The notes under the pieces are model-generated. The model worked only from the letters and a program-made list of their open reading frames with translations, had not been told where the DNA came from and made no database searches. Both the position numbers and the translations under genes were made by a program. Of a stretch of 64,000 nt of DNA, positions 48,250 to 59,510 are shown piece after piece. This stretch comes from Bdellovibrionales bacterium (GTDB lineage: Bacteria > Bdellovibrionota > Bdellovibrionia > Bdellovibrionales > UBA1609). Position 1 is the first letter of the stretch, and every line of letters begins with the position of its first letter. The stretch covers positions 832,001-896,000 of the forward strand of contig CBDHDF010000010.1 in NCBI GenBank assembly GCA_965261545.1. Reading direction: 5' to 3'.

Positions 48250-49461
48250 TTATTTAAAGCAAAACCTTGAAATGTAGGCCACCTCAGAATCCTCCATGAC
48301 CTTAAGCCACTTGGTATTGTGAGGTGATACAGATAGCTCTTCACCTTTGAGCCCCTTTCTTACAACGCTAGATTTCAAGCTTGGCTTATTACGCATATTG
48401 CAATCTTTCACCATAGTTTTTCTTGATATGGATGCAATCCCTCTTTTTTTAGAAGACCGCAGGCGCTTCTTCTTCCCAGATTTTGTTTTTGCATATCTCT
48501 TATTTAAAGAAGATCTTTTGCTGGCGCGAACCATTCTTCTTTTCTTCGCCAGGGCTCTTTTCTTAGCAATTTTTTGCTTAAGTTTCTTCAAGAAGTTTTT
48601 CTTGTGCTTTGCTATTTTTCTTTGTTCAAGAAGCTTTTTGTCTTCTACCTTCTTCTCTTTGCGAAGGCGATTTAACTCTTCTTGGGATGCATTTTTTTGT
48701 TCCTCATAGCGCACCAACAAGTTCGTTTCTATATTTTGAAGTTCATTTTGTACCTGATCTAAATTATTTTCAATACGACTCGCTTCTTCTTCGTTAGATG
48801 TAATTTGAGATTTAGATTGTTCGATCTTTTTCTTATTGGAGGCAATAGAACGCTGTATATCTTTAATTTTTTTGTCGGCCTCATCTTGGAGTTTCAAAAG
48901 CTGCTCTTTGGAATCTTTTTGAGCCTCCTTTAAGGCCATCAATTTATTATTAAATTTTTCTTTTTCTTGATTTTGATTTTCTAATTCCTCGTTTATTTGA
49001 GCTATTTCTTTTTCTTGTTCCTGAAGATTTTCTTGGAGAACTGCATTGGCTTCTGTTATAGATGAAATATCATCTCTTATTTTCCCAATACTTATTGTTT
49101 TTCTTTGTTTATTATCTTTTAATTCTTCAATTTTGCTTGTCATTTGAGATTTTTGCTGAAAAAGGTTTTCTTTTTCAGAGTTGGCCTGATCCCATTTTTT
49201 TTCTAATTCAGCAAGAGCTTCCATTTCTGATTGGGCTTCTTTTTCAAGTATAGCAATTTCATTTTTGTATTTGCTGACTTCCTCGACTTCTTCTTGAACC
49301 CTTTTTTCTAAGTCTTCAGCTTCCTCTTGGGCGGACTCGGATTCAGCAAGTACCGACTCTATTTCAACTTCAACATCTTCAAGCTCACTTTGAGCGACGG
49401 ACTGTGAGAAAGAAAAAATCAAACCACCGCCAAGAATAAGAATTATTTTAACGAGTTGCAT
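48250..49461 (-). CDS. Secreted long coiled-coil protein with basic tail and C-terminal SH3b-like domain
   Basis: Signal peptide; E/K/Q heptads; CNMRNKPSLKS..V...KG...WLKV....AYIS. Confidence 0.75.
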   Translation of the reverse strand: MQLVKIILILGGGLIFSFSQSVAQSELEDVEVEIESVLAESESAQEEAEDLEKRVQEEVEEVSKYKNEIAILEKEAQSEMEALAELEKKWDQANSEKENLFQQKSQMTSKIEELKDNKQRKTISIGKIRDDISSITEANAVLQENLQEQEKEIAQINEELENQNQEKEKFNNKLMALKEAQKDSKEQLLKLQDEADKKIKDIQRSIASNKKKIEQSKSQITSNEEEASRIENNLDQVQNELQNIETNLLVRYEEQKNASQEELNRLRKEKKVEDKKLLEQRKIAKHKKNFLKKLKQKIAKKRALAKKRRMVRASKRSSLNKRYAKTKSGKKKRLRSSKKRGIASISRKTMVKDCNMRNKPSLKSSVVRKGLKGEELSVSPHNTKWLKVMEDSEVAYISRFCFK

Positions 49462-49830
49462 AACGTGCCCCTTTTCTGTTATTATATTTATAGTTTGTGT
49501 AATACCTCTTGTATATTTTGTGTATTTATAGGACCTCTCATTTTCTAACAATTTATTATAAAATAAAATTATGAATTTCTATGCCTCTAAATGTTTTGAT
49601 TTATACTAACTTCGGACCTTTTGTTCATTTATTTTAGTTTTCTTTGGTCTGATTTATTTATCTATACTTAGGTTGGGTCTTTATCGCATCATTCTTCATG
49701 AAATTGGGATTTGTCTCATATTATCTTTCTGTTGATCCGATGAAATTATGAAATATAAATATAAAATAATATATGAATCTACTTTAGATTTAGATGTGAA
49801 ATAATTGAAGGATTAAGGAGAAAAAAATCT

Positions 49831-52143
49831 GTGTCGATCCATGAGAATTGTCATCTCATAGCTGTTACGGGCGGTAAAGGTGGAGTGGGAAAGAGTGTAT
49901 TTTCAGCTAATCTTGCTTTGACTTTTCTCAAGGAACTTAAGTCACCCACTCTCCTTGTGGATTTGGATAACAACAGTTGTGGTGACCAAAATATTATCAC
50001 GGGCTTGCGCCCCCAAAAGACTGTGGGTGATCTCGTAAATTTTAATCAAGTCATTACTCTCCAGAGCCTTAAGTCTATTGTTTCTTTGCACCAGGTAGGT
50101 CTTGCTTATCTTGGTGCGGTTCAAGGTCCCGATCAATCTTTATCAGGAAGTAGTGAAATTTTTAAAAAACAACTCTATGCTCTTAGCCAATTTTATAAAT
50201 ATATTGTTGTAGACTTAGGGCGAGAAATAGGCGACCTTCAATTGAGCGCTATTGAGGGGGCAAGTGTCATTCTCGTGACAACAACGCCAGAGGTTCTTGT
50301 TATCAACCAAACTCGTAAACTTATCAATGAGCTTATAGTGGCAACAGTTCCTCAAGATCTTTTACAAATTGTTTTAAATAAGGTGGGTCGAGGGGGGCTC
50401 GCTCCACAGGCTATTGGCAATAGTCTTAGAAGACCTCTTTTAGTGAGTATTCCCCAGGACGATATTTCCACATTAAATGCTTTGCAAAAATCGACACCTT
50501 TTGTTCTTGGCGCCCCAGATACGCCCATTACAGCTTCTTACCATGAAGTGGTGAGAAAGCTCACGGGAGGACTTCTCCGAAAGCTCAAATCTGTTTCTAG
50601 ACCTCAAAATTTGCAGGCAAAACAACCAGGCTCCAAAGGTGCTAAGGGGAGCCAGGAAAGGTCTGAAAAACTTAGAGGAACTCCTCAAAAGCTAAGTCCT
50701 TTGAACTTGTTAAAGCAGCAAATTCACACAGAACTCATCCGTGAAATGGATTTGAAGAAAGATATTACCAACTCCAAGGGAGACCCTGAAAAGGAAAAAG
50801 AACTTAAATCTAAGACCCAAAAGACCATTGTGCAACTCACAGATAAGCATGGGCAGGGTCTATCAAGAGAGGAGCGATCCAAGGTTATCAAACAGGTTCT
50901 CGACGAAGCTCTAGGGTTGGGGCCCTTGGAGGAACTTCTCGCTGACCCTACGGTCACAGAAATTATGGTCAATGGATCAGAAAAAATCTATGCAGAAAAA
51001 AGTGGTAAAGTGATTTTAACTCCCGTTGAATTTACTTCAAATTTGCAACTTCGAAATGTTATTGAAAGAATTGTAACCCCCCTAGGACGAAGAATTGATG
51101 AGAAAACGCCCTATGTGGATGCGCGTCTTCAAGATGGAAGTCGTGTCAATGCCGTCATTGAACCGCTTGCCATTGACGGTCCCTCGGTGACGATACGAAA
51201 ATTTCCCGCAGATCGAATCACTATCAGTGACTACACGGATCGCTTTGGTTCACTCACAAAACCCATGGCCGATTTCTTAAAAATCTGTGTGGAGCAGGGA
51301 CTGAATATTGTTATTTCGGGAGGAACGGGCTCAGGAAAAACAACATTGCTTAATGTTATGTCGGGTTTCATACCTACCAACGAGAGAATTATTACAGTGG
51401 AAGATGCTGCAGAGCTTCAACTTAAACAAGAGCATGTGGTGCGCTTGGAAACGCGCCCCCCTAACATGGAGGGGGAGGGGGAAGTCTCCATCCGTGACCT
51501 TATTCGCAACTCACTGAGAATGCGACCGGATCGAATTGTTGTGGGTGAGTGTCGGGACGGGGCAGCTCTCGATATGCTTGCTGCCATGAATACAGGTCAT
51601 GATGGCTCTATGACGACTGTCCATGCTAACAATCCAAGAGAGGCTATTTCAAGGCTTGAGACTCTGTGCCTCATGGCGGGCATGGAACTTCCAATGAAAG
51701 CCATACGAGAACAAATTGCAGGAGCCGTCAGCTTGATTGTGCAAATTGGTCGCTTGTCAGATGGAAGCCGTAAAGTTAAGAGTGTCACTGAAGTCGTGGG
51801 AATGCAGGGAGATACGGTAACTCTGCAAGAGGTTTTTCGTTTTAAAGAAGAGGGGTTTGATAAGAATAGAAAGATTGTCGGGCAATTCCAAGCCATGGGC
51901 CTTATTCCCACTTTTATTGAAAAGTTTGAACAGCGTGGAATTACCGTGCCGAGAAATTTATTTACAACAAGCACTCCGTCTGGCCAAACAAAAGTCTCGT
52001 CTTCTGGTGGTGTGGCTAGCAAAATGAGGTCTCGGCCGGGAGGGCGCACGGCTCCACCCCCGCGCTCAACCTCCGGGTCCACTCCCATTTCTTCTGCTTC
52101 ATCAAATGCTTCTAACAAAAAAGTGAGTGGAGAACCCCTGTGA
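49831..52143 (+). CDS. tadA: Fusion of CpaE/TadZ (MinD-like) and CpaF/TadA pilus ATPase
   Basis: N-terminal [10 protein letters not shown]-terminal [40 protein letters not shown]. Confidence 0.92.
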   Translation: MSIHENCHLIAVTGGKGGVGKSVFSANLALTFLKELKSPTLLVDLDNNSCGDQNIITGLRPQKTVGDLVNFNQVITLQSLKSIVSLHQVGLAYLGAVQGPDQSLSGSSEIFKKQLYALSQFYKYIVVDLGREIGDLQLSAIEGASVILVTTTPEVLVINQTRKLINELIVATVPQDLLQIVLNKVGRGGLAPQAIGNSLRRPLLVSIPQDDISTLNALQKSTPFVLGAPDTPITASYHEVVRKLTGGLLRKLKSVSRPQNLQAKQPGSKGAKGSQERSEKLRGTPQKLSPLNLLKQQIHTELIREMDLKKDITNSKGDPEKEKELKSKTQKTIVQLTDKHGQGLSREERSKVIKQVLDEALGLGPLEELLADPTVTEIMVNGSEKIYAEKSGKVILTPVEFTSNLQLRNVIERIVTPLGRRIDEKTPYVDARLQDGSRVNAVIEPLAIDGPSVTIRKFPADRITISDYTDRFGSLTKPMADFLKICVEQGLNIVISGGTGSGKTTLLNVMSGFIPTNERIITVEDAAELQLKQEHVVRLETRPPNMEGEGEVSIRDLIRNSLRMRPDRIVVGECRDGAALDMLAAMNTGHDGSMTTVHANNPREAISRLETLCLMAGMELPMKAIREQIAGAVSLIVQIGRLSDGSRKVKSVTEVVGMQGDTVTLQEVFRFKEEGFDKNRKIVGQFQAMGLIPTFIEKFEQRGITVPRNLFTTSTPSGQTKVSSSGGVASKMRSRPGGRTAPPPRSTSGSTPISSASSNASNKKVSGEPL

Positions 52144-53018
52144 GTGATATTTTAAGCCATTCTTACTTTATAATTCCTATGGTGGCCATTTGTGTCTTTA
52201 TCTTTTCTTATCTTATGTACGATCGCATTTTGGCTTATTTGTATGAAAAAAGTCTTGGAAACCGTGAAACTATACTCGACCTTCTCGATAAAATGTTTAT
52301 TAAAACCAATAAGAAGAACATCACCCTCATGTTGCTTTTGTTTAGCTTTGGAATGGGGGGAGTTATATTTTTAGCATTATGGCCCCATATTATCATGGGA
52401 TTTCTTATGGGCGTTTCTGTGACCATGCTCGGGTGGTCTTTGCCAAAAATTCTTATCACTCGTATGTGGAATAAAAGATGCACCCATATTACCAATCAAA
52501 TGGTGGATGGTATGACAATTATGTCTAATGGAGTTAAGGCGGGCTTGAGTGTTACCCAAGCCATGGAGAGGGTGGTGGAGAACATGCGTGGCCCTTTGCC
52601 CCAGGAATTTGGACTTATCCTTAACAAAATTCGCCTTGGGATGTCTGTGGAAGAGGCTCTCAATGATTTTGGTGAAAGGGTCCCTCGGCAAGATACTCAG
52701 ATGCTTGTGACCGCCGTTAATATTCTCAAGGAGACGGGGGGAAATCTCGCTGAAACATTTACTATGATGACAACAACCATTCGTGACCGGCAGAAGGTTG
52801 AGAAAAAGATTGAGGCTATGACAGCCCAAGGGGTGATGCAGGGGGTAATTATGACATTGGTCCCGTTTTTGCTATTGATGGTTTTTCTCGTTATTGATCC
52901 CAATTATGTGAAGCCTCTGTTTACCACTCCCATGGGCTGGGTGGCTTTGTCAATGATGCTTGGTCTCCAAATTATAGGTGGAGTTATGATTAAAAAAGTA
53001 GTTACAATTAAGGTCTAG
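52140..53018 (+). CDS. tadB: Tad pilus inner-membrane protein TadB
   Basis: KAGLS..QA, PL..EF, ETGGNLAE; TM helices; follows tadA. Confidence 0.9.
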   Translation: MSDILSHSYFIIPMVAICVFIFSYLMYDRILAYLYEKSLGNRETILDLLDKMFIKTNKKNITLMLLLFSFGMGGVIFLALWPHIIMGFLMGVSVTMLGWSLPKILITRMWNKRCTHITNQMVDGMTIMSNGVKAGLSVTQAMERVVENMRGPLPQEFGLILNKIRLGMSVEEALNDFGERVPRQDTQMLVTAVNILKETGGNLAETFTMMTTTIRDRQKVEKKIEAMTAQGVMQGVIMTLVPFLLLMVFLVIDPNYVKPLFTTPMGWVALSMMLGLQIIGGVMIKKVVTIKV

Positions 53019-53050
53019 AATGATTAAAATAACTAGAGAAGGAGTAGGGC

Positions 53051-54790
53051 ATGAAATATCGCATGAAAAAGATCTTTTACACTTTGATCTTAGCTTTTAT
53101 ATTCTTGATATCTTTTTCCACTTCGGTATGGGCAGTCATCGACACAAGAAACGCCAATTTTTCAGACCCTTGGATTGACCTTGTTGTTCCGGGCTCAGGT
53201 TATGATCTGCGTGTGAAGCGATCCTATAACAGTCGCACACTCTTTAATGGAATATTTGGTTTTGGTTGGTGTGCCGATTTTGAATCAAAGATTGAGAAAA
53301 CATCAACTGGAGATCTCAAGCTCACTGAATGTGGTGGAGGTCTAGAGGTCACTTTTAAATCTGGTTCATCTAGCTATCAAAATACATTGAAGGTGATTGA
53401 TAAAATTGTAGCCGCTCTTAGGCAGAAAAAAAAGAGGCTTAGTGAGTCTTATTTCACAAAGTTGAAAGGTGAATTGGAGTACGATAACAACCTCAGAGAA
53501 AAATATGCTAAGAATTTGAAAATCAAGCGAATTCCTGTCAGAAGTCAGCGCACTTTTTATGCCAATGGAAGGGCGGATGAAAATATTAAACTAGATGAAA
53601 AATACTATGTGCGTAGCCTCCCCAATGGAACCTATGAGAAGTATAATATGAAAGGACAATTAAAATATATTTATGACAAAAATGGAAATTATTTAAAAAT
53701 AAAGTACAATGGAAAAAAGATTGTATCTGTCATTGATAACCAGGGCCGAAGGTTGATGTTTAAATATCAGGGCGACAAAGTGTCTTCCATTCAAGGACCC
53801 AATGGATTGTCAGTTTCTTATAAGCACAAAGATGAGGATTTAGTTTATGTCAAAAATGCCTGGAAAAATGAGTATACTTATAAATATGATGACCTCCACA
53901 ATCTTGTTCGTATTAATTATCCCGATAAAACTTTTAAGGCCATTTCTTACAACAAAGACAAAGATTGGGTGACAAGTTTCATCGATCGCAGAAAATGTAT
54001 CGAATCTTACAAGTATGAATCTGATCCCAATGATCCACTCAACCACTACACTTCTTATATTGAAAAAAAGTGCAATGGAAAGATCACCAATGTGAGTTCC
54101 TATGAATTTCTCTATAGGAAGAGAAAAAACGGAAGTCGTTATTTAGCCCGGACGCGATCTGATAACAATGGTGATATTGTTGATATGTTTTATCATCCAG
54201 TTTTTGGAAAACCCACCTCAGTTTTAAGAAATGGTATCACATTGGTTTATACCTATTATCCATCGGGAATGGTCAAAGAAAGACGTGAGCCCACACAAAC
54301 ATCTTCTTTTCAATACAAAAATAAATGTCAAAAAGTTTCCCATGTGGTAACAAAGTCTTACCAAATTGTCAGAACTCCCAGCCATAAAAAAACAAAACAC
54401 AGGGCAGACCGAAAGTCTTATAGAAGAAAGCTTGTGAAGACTGTGAGAAGCTATTTTGAGTACGACAAGGCAAAGTGCAACCTTGCCTTGGCAAAAAATT
54501 CCATAGGTCAGGTCGCACGGATATCTCACGATCAGAGAGGGCGAATTCAGACCATCAAGGACCAGTCTCAGAAAATCATTTCTATTAACTATGAAGAGCG
54601 CTTTAGTAAACCCAGCAAAATCACTCGACCAGGATTGGGTTCTCTTTCGGTTTCCTATAAGTTAGATGGATCTTTGAAAAATGTGAGTAGTGATCAAGGC
54701 CCTTCTGTGGCTGTTCAAATTGCTAGCGTTTTTAACAACCTTTTAGAGATCATCTCTCCTGTGAACAGTGATCTTGGCCTGGATTTATAG
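53051..54790 (+). CDS. Secreted RHS/YD-repeat protein (Bd0109-like)
   Basis: Signal peptide; RSYNSR...GIFGFGW (DUF6531-like); YD repeats; no RHS core/toxin tail. Confidence 0.85.
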   Translation: MKYRMKKIFYTLILAFIFLISFSTSVWAVIDTRNANFSDPWIDLVVPGSGYDLRVKRSYNSRTLFNGIFGFGWCADFESKIEKTSTGDLKLTECGGGLEVTFKSGSSSYQNTLKVIDKIVAALRQKKKRLSESYFTKLKGELEYDNNLREKYAKNLKIKRIPVRSQRTFYANGRADENIKLDEKYYVRSLPNGTYEKYNMKGQLKYIYDKNGNYLKIKYNGKKIVSVIDNQGRRLMFKYQGDKVSSIQGPNGLSVSYKHKDEDLVYVKNAWKNEYTYKYDDLHNLVRINYPDKTFKAISYNKDKDWVTSFIDRRKCIESYKYESDPNDPLNHYTSYIEKKCNGKITNVSSYEFLYRKRKNGSRYLARTRSDNNGDIVDMFYHPVFGKPTSVLRNGITLVYTYYPSGMVKERREPTQTSSFQYKNKCQKVSHVVTKSYQIVRTPSHKKTKHRADRKSYRRKLVKTVRSYFEYDKAKCNLALAKNSIGQVARISHDQRGRIQTIKDQSQKIISINYEERFSKPSKITRPGLGSLSVSYKLDGSLKNVSSDQGPSVAVQIASVFNNLLEIISPVNSDLGLDL

Positions 54791-54792
54791 TT

Positions 54793-55176
54793 ATGAAGCT
54801 TTTAAGATGGAATATCGCCATGATGATTTTGAAGAAGCTGACGTTGAGAATACTGACTCTGAAAATGTTGACTTTAAGAATTATAGGAATGCCAATGGCT
54901 TTGTTTTTCTTATTTGTCTTCACGGGCCTACTGCCTGCAACCTCAGTGGCGGAAAGCTCTTTTGTGGACCCCATGCTTGCGGTGCCGACAGCTCCCAATG
55001 ACACAGAGGGTATTTTGGAGGTTCAAGACTGTTGCCGCCACAGTCAAAGCGGCACTCGTGTAGGGGGAGAACTTTACGCAGATACAAAGGCAAAAAGTCA
55101 GGGAGCAGGGGGCCATCAAAAAGAAGGTGGCAATGAAAGTCCGAATTCTCATTCCACAGAGGGTACGGGTCCATAA
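54793..55176 (+). CDS. Small secreted disordered protein, candidate Hit/Bd0108 homologue
   Basis: Directly after the YD gene; hydrophobic signal ending SVA; two central Cys; G/S/T-rich tail; alternative start at 54889. Confidence 0.6.
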   Translation: MKLLRWNIAMMILKKLTLRILTLKMLTLRIIGMPMALFFLFVFTGLLPATSVAESSFVDPMLAVPTAPNDTEGILEVQDCCRHSQSGTRVGGELYADTKAKSQGAGGHQKEGGNESPNSHSTEGTGP

Positions 55177-55197
55177 TCTTAATGATTCCAGGGTGAC

Positions 55198-56148
55198 TCA
55201 GCCTCTCCTCTCATGGGGGCCGCAGGCCTTCCCACCCACGCCATGAGAGGTGACTCTCTTAGAATATCCGTAAAAAATCCGTTTTCGTTGGGATTCACTT
55301 AACTCCACATATTGACCACGCGGAAGTTTGCCCAACTTAAGTTGACCAATGGCAATTCGTCGAAGCTTTATCACATCAAAGCCTATCTTCTCAAACATCC
55401 GTCGAACCTGACGATTTTTACCTTCAGAAATAATAATTTGGACCCACGCCTTATCTCCTCCCCCACTTTTACCCCTTTTGGCAACAGTGAGGCCCTGCCT
55501 GTTGATATTTTTCTTACGAAATTTCTCAACGTGAAGAGCTTTCACCTTCCCCCCCACAATAGAAACACCTCTTTTAAGCTTATTAAGCTGATCCATGGAA
55601 GGATTTCCATCAAGTTTTGCAAGATAGGTTTTTGGAATTTCCTCTTTGGGGTGAGTCACCAACTGGGAAAAGTCTCCATCATTGGTCATAATGAGAAGAC
55701 CTTCTGTGTCCCAATCAAGACGTCCCACAGGAAAAAGCCTTGTTTTCTTAAATTTCTTATTCTTAAAGAAATCTGCAACAACAGACCGCCCTTCGGGATC
55801 CTCCATGGAGGTAAGTACCTTCTTAGGTTTATGAAACATGAGATAAACCTTGTCACCTTTGATCCCATGGATAGGCTTCCCCTTGACAAATATTCGGTCA
55901 CTGTGAGGATCGATTTGATCTCCAAGCTGAGCGGTTTTACCATTGATTTGCACAAGACCTTCTATGATAAGAACATCGGCCTTTCTACGGCTGACCATTC
56001 CACAGTCGGCAATAAATTTGTTAAGACGAATTTTCTTGGGATTCGATCTTGGCTTTGAATTTAGCCTTGAGCTTGGTCTTGAGCTTGGTTTGGGCCTTGG
56101 CCTTGGCTTTGGCTTTGAGTTTTTTGAGCTTGTGTTTAAACGAGGCAT
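55198..56148 (-). CDS. rluB: rRNA pseudouridine synthase (RsuA/RluB family)
   Basis: S4 domain RLNKFIA..G..SRR; GRLD; EGKNRQVRRM. Confidence 0.88.
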   Translation of the reverse strand: MPRLNTSSKNSKPKPRPRPKPSSRPSSRLNSKPRSNPKKIRLNKFIADCGMVSRRKADVLIIEGLVQINGKTAQLGDQIDPHSDRIFVKGKPIHGIKGDKVYLMFHKPKKVLTSMEDPEGRSVVADFFKNKKFKKTRLFPVGRLDWDTEGLLIMTNDGDFSQLVTHPKEEIPKTYLAKLDGNPSMDQLNKLKRGVSIVGGKVKALHVEKFRKKNINRQGLTVAKRGKSGGGDKAWVQIIISEGKNRQVRRMFEKIGFDVIKLRRIAIGQLKLGKLPRGQYVELSESQRKRIFYGYSKRVTSHGVGGKACGPHERRG

Positions 56149-56157
56149 ATATCCTTC

Positions 56158-58125
56158 CTATTTACTATTGAGCCTTTGTCTTTGAGTCTTTGGGGGTCTC
56201 TTGGACGGAGCCCTAGGGCTTTTTTTTTTGATCGAAATAAGTGCCTTTTTCATTCTTTCAAGAAACCCTTTGTGGCTCTCAAACCCATTGAGGGTGAGGT
56301 CTTTGCGATAATTTCCCTTTGGACCATAGAAAACAATGTGGGGAAGACCAAGTATATCATATTTTTTTGCAAGATGACGAAAAGATTTTGTAGGCTCCGT
56401 CGCATCAAACTTAATCCAAATAAAATTCTCACCAAGCTTGCGCACTTCAGGGTGAGTAAATGTGTATAGTTCGAGTTTCTTGCAGGCAGAGCACCAATCG
56501 GCATAAAAATCGATGACAATGCCCTTTCCCTCCACAGTGGCTTTTGCCAAATTTTCTTGATTGTATTCATTCCATGGAGGGTCCATTTCTGAGTTCACTG
56601 AGGGCGGAGAAACTAAGTGAGAAGAAAAGAGGGGGTAAGCATAGCTTCCAGCCATCCATAAAATAATACATCCAAAAATATACTTAATGGTATTCATCCA
56701 GGGGCCCGCCTTTGGAAGCCTCAGGGGAAGTCTCCGGAGGCTTTGCATGGAGAGACCTAAGAAAATAAAAAGTTGACCAAGCCCAAGAGCAAAAACAAAG
56801 AGAAGGATAAAGCCCCACATAATGTCTTGTGTCTGTGCAACGTATGTAAGAATAGAAATGAGAACAGGGCCCACACAAGGGCTAGCGATCACTCCAAAAA
56901 TAAGACCTGCGGCAAAAGAACCTAAATAATTGGTGGATGTTTTCTTAGAACCCAACTTGTTGGAAATAAATGCAGGGCACTTGATTTCAAATAAACCAAA
57001 CATACTCAAGGCCATGGCCACAAGAATACAAGTGATAGCAGCCGTGACATAGATATTGCCCAAAAAGGCTCCAAAAAGCTGTCCCGTACTTGCAGCTATA
57101 GCCCCAAGAACGGCATAAGTAAGAGCTATACCTAAAACATAACAGAGGCTAAGTACAAAAGCCTTCCTCCGAGAAGTCCTCCTGTCCGTGGCTCCCAAAA
57201 CGGCCAATGTGATGGGAATCATGGGGTAAATACATGGGAGGAAGCTTGTCACTACGCCACCCAAAAATGCTACGAACAGAAGAGTCAGCCAGTCCCTTAG
57301 AGAGATGGCCTTTTTAATCTCCTCATCGAGTCGATTTAAAAAAGAAGTTTTCTTTTGGCCTTTGGTTTTGGCTCCAAGCTTTGTTTCAGGTGAATCTGTC
57401 GTGTAGGGTATCGCCGACATTTTTGGAAGACTTGTAAAGGGGACTTTCAACTCAATACTCTTAGGTAATAGGCAGTATGTCTTTGAGCAAGCCTGATACA
57501 TCAATGTGAAAATAGCCTGCTGTTCTCCAGGGCTTAAATTTTCAGATATTTCAAATGATGTTTTAATTTCTGCCTTGCCTTCAACCCCCACCTGATTTGT
57601 CTTGGTGAATTTATCATAAAACTCCTTGGTAGGGTTTATCAGTAAGTTTGTAATGCTGGAGTGAACTGGAAATTTTGGTGTGAGCTTAAATTTTTTAACA
57701 TAGGCATAGTGTCCTTTATCAACCTCCAGCTCTATAGTAAGTTCTGTGCTGGCACCCGCTGGAAGATGAGGGTGGTGAAGATAACTTTTTGTCACTCGAA
57801 GGGGGTTGGGATTAATAGGAAAGTTTGTCTCTTGTGCCGCAAGTTGAAAACCAACAAGAAAGAGAGGAGTGAGAAGAGCCCCGAAGCAGGACCAAGTGCA
57901 GACTCGAACACAGGACCAGGACCAGGAGCAGGACCAGGACCATGCACAAGACCATGTCCATCGCAACAGCAACAACATCGACAAAAGCAGCGGCGGTCGT
58001 AGTGAACATGACTTTGCATGGGGTGGAAGCAGTGACCTCCATAACCTCAATGGATTCATGGGGAGAGTATATAGCAAGAACTCCCAAGGGCCAATGTTCA
58101 AATCTACGTTCAAATTTACATCCAT
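56158..58125 (-). CDS. dsbD: Thiol:disulfide interchange protein DsbD
   Basis: YQAC....C N-domain; PCIYPMIPI; SPCVGP; DFYADWCSAC; start uncertain. Confidence 0.92.
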   Translation of the reverse strand: MDVNLNVDLNIGPWEFLLYTLPMNPLRLWRSLLPPHAKSCSLRPPLLLSMLLLLRWTWSCAWSWSCSWSWSCVRVCTWSCFGALLTPLFLVGFQLAAQETNFPINPNPLRVTKSYLHHPHLPAGASTELTIELEVDKGHYAYVKKFKLTPKFPVHSSITNLLINPTKEFYDKFTKTNQVGVEGKAEIKTSFEISENLSPGEQQAIFTLMYQACSKTYCLLPKSIELKVPFTSLPKMSAIPYTTDSPETKLGAKTKGQKKTSFLNRLDEEIKKAISLRDWLTLLFVAFLGGVVTSFLPCIYPMIPITLAVLGATDRRTSRRKAFVLSLCYVLGIALTYAVLGAIAASTGQLFGAFLGNIYVTAAITCILVAMALSMFGLFEIKCPAFISNKLGSKKTSTNYLGSFAAGLIFGVIASPCVGPVLISILTYVAQTQDIMWGFILLFVFALGLGQLFIFLGLSMQSLRRLPLRLPKAGPWMNTIKYIFGCIILWMAGSYAYPLFSSHLVSPPSVNSEMDPPWNEYNQENLAKATVEGKGIVIDFYADWCSACKKLELYTFTHPEVRKLGENFIWIKFDATEPTKSFRHLAKKYDILGLPHIVFYGPKGNYRKDLTLNGFESHKGFLERMKKALISIKKKSPRAPSKRPPKTQRQRLNSK

Positions 58126-58227
58126 CGCATGTTTCTATGACTCTTCGAATACATACGTTTGGTTTTTCAGATACCTATAACCTGAAGTACAAAAATCAGG
58201 TATTGATAAGTCACTCAGCCTTGATAT

Positions 58228-59124
58228 CTATGATGTTTCAGAAAGACGCATAAAACTTAAAATATCCTCGATCATTTCTTGAAAGAGCTGCTGCTTTTTT
58301 CGTCGCCTTGAGAGAGAAAGATAAAGGTGAAAACCCACTTGCGAAAGATGATCCAAAGCATAGGGTCCCATTTGTCGGTGCCCCCAGCCTTGAGAAGAGA
58401 TTTCAAGAAGACCGTCATGCTCACACTCATACTTTTCCTTGTGACCATGCTTTATGCGCTTTAATGAAAAAATTCTGTGAAAAACCCTGAAAGGCAAGCT
58501 CTGCTGGTGGACAGAAAGACCACATATCATAGAGGCTGAGGGAATGTGGTGAAGCAGAGGAAAGCACTTATTAATGTGGGTGACGGCTTCTGGATCCATA
58601 ATAGGTGAGAGATTTTGCAAGCGTTCATGGAGATTATATCCCATCTTTCGGGCGACAAGCAAAATGAAAGGCTGTTTTTGTGTATAAGTTATGATGTCTT
58701 GTGCGAGTTGAGCGCCTTGGTGGGGAGTCGCCATGGTGACCACGCTGAGAACCTTCTCTGAAAGTTCAGGGTGGTGGCTTATGGCCCTGGCAATAAGCCC
58801 TCCCACAGAGTGGCCAAGAAGGTGAAATCTCTTGAAATTCTGGGCTTGGACAAAGGCCACCGTCCTTTGTATTTGCTCCTCCAAAACTCCGACTTGAACG
58901 TTGTCGACAGAAACAAGAGAGGCTTTCATTTGATAAAAAGTTCTTTCTATGTGCCTTTGCATTCGGCCAAGGCGAAAAGGACCCACTCGAAGCTCGTTGT
59001 CCCCCCGCGTATTCAGACCACGAATAAAGATGATGGGATAAGTGAGCGCCTGAGACACAAACTTTGGAGGAATGAGCGCTTCAAAGGCAAGCCCTTCAGA
59101 GGTGGGCGTTTCAGAGGCCATCAA
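58228..59124 (-). CDS. Alpha/beta-hydrolase (lipase-like)
   Basis: [21 protein letters not shown]. Confidence 0.85.
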   Translation of the reverse strand: MMASETPTSEGLAFEALIPPKFVSQALTYPIIFIRGLNTRGDNELRVGPFRLGRMQRHIERTFYQMKASLVSVDNVQVGVLEEQIQRTVAFVQAQNFKRFHLLGHSVGGLIARAISHHPELSEKVLSVVTMATPHQGAQLAQDIITYTQKQPFILLVARKMGYNLHERLQNLSPIMDPEAVTHINKCFPLLHHIPSASMICGLSVHQQSLPFRVFHRIFSLKRIKHGHKEKYECEHDGLLEISSQGWGHRQMGPYALDHLSQVGFHLYLSLSRRRKKQQLFQEMIEDILSFMRLSETS

Positions 59125-59510
59125 CTGGCAAGCCTTTTCACCTTTTCTACAATTTCAGCAATGGATGCTCCGGGGCCAAACACAGCAGCCACTCCCGTTG
59201 AAAGCAACTCCTCTCGGTCCTTATCGGGAATAATCCCTCCCACAAAAAGAGGTCGTTTAAAATCTTCGAGGGTCAACTGCCTCTGGATTTCTTGAACGAG
59301 GGGAATATGAGCCCCCGACAGTATGGAAAGCCCAATAATATCTACATCTTCTTGAAGGGCCGCGCTGGCAACCATCTCTGGAGTTTGGTGCAAACCCGTA
59401 TAAATAACCTCAAACCCCGCATCACGAAGCCCACGAGCCACCACCTTGGCGCCTCGGTCATGTCCGTCTAAACCAGGTTTTGCCATAAGAACACGAATGA
59501 CCCTTGCCAT
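59121..59510 (-). CDS. Cobalamin-binding subunit of methylmalonyl-CoA mutase family
   Basis: [28 protein letters not shown]. Confidence 0.93.
   Translation of the reverse strand: MARVIRVLMAKPGLDGHDRGAKVVARGLRDAGFEVIYTGLHQTPEMVASAALQEDVDIIGLSILSGAHIPLVQEIQRQLTLEDFKRPLFVGGIIPDKDREELLSTGVAAVFGPGASIAEIVEKVKRLAS

Noticed and set aside
53051..55176. RHS toxin-immunity pair
   Set aside because: No DPxG-type RHS core terminus or toxin domain; the small ORF has a signal peptide; tad context fits the hit locus better.
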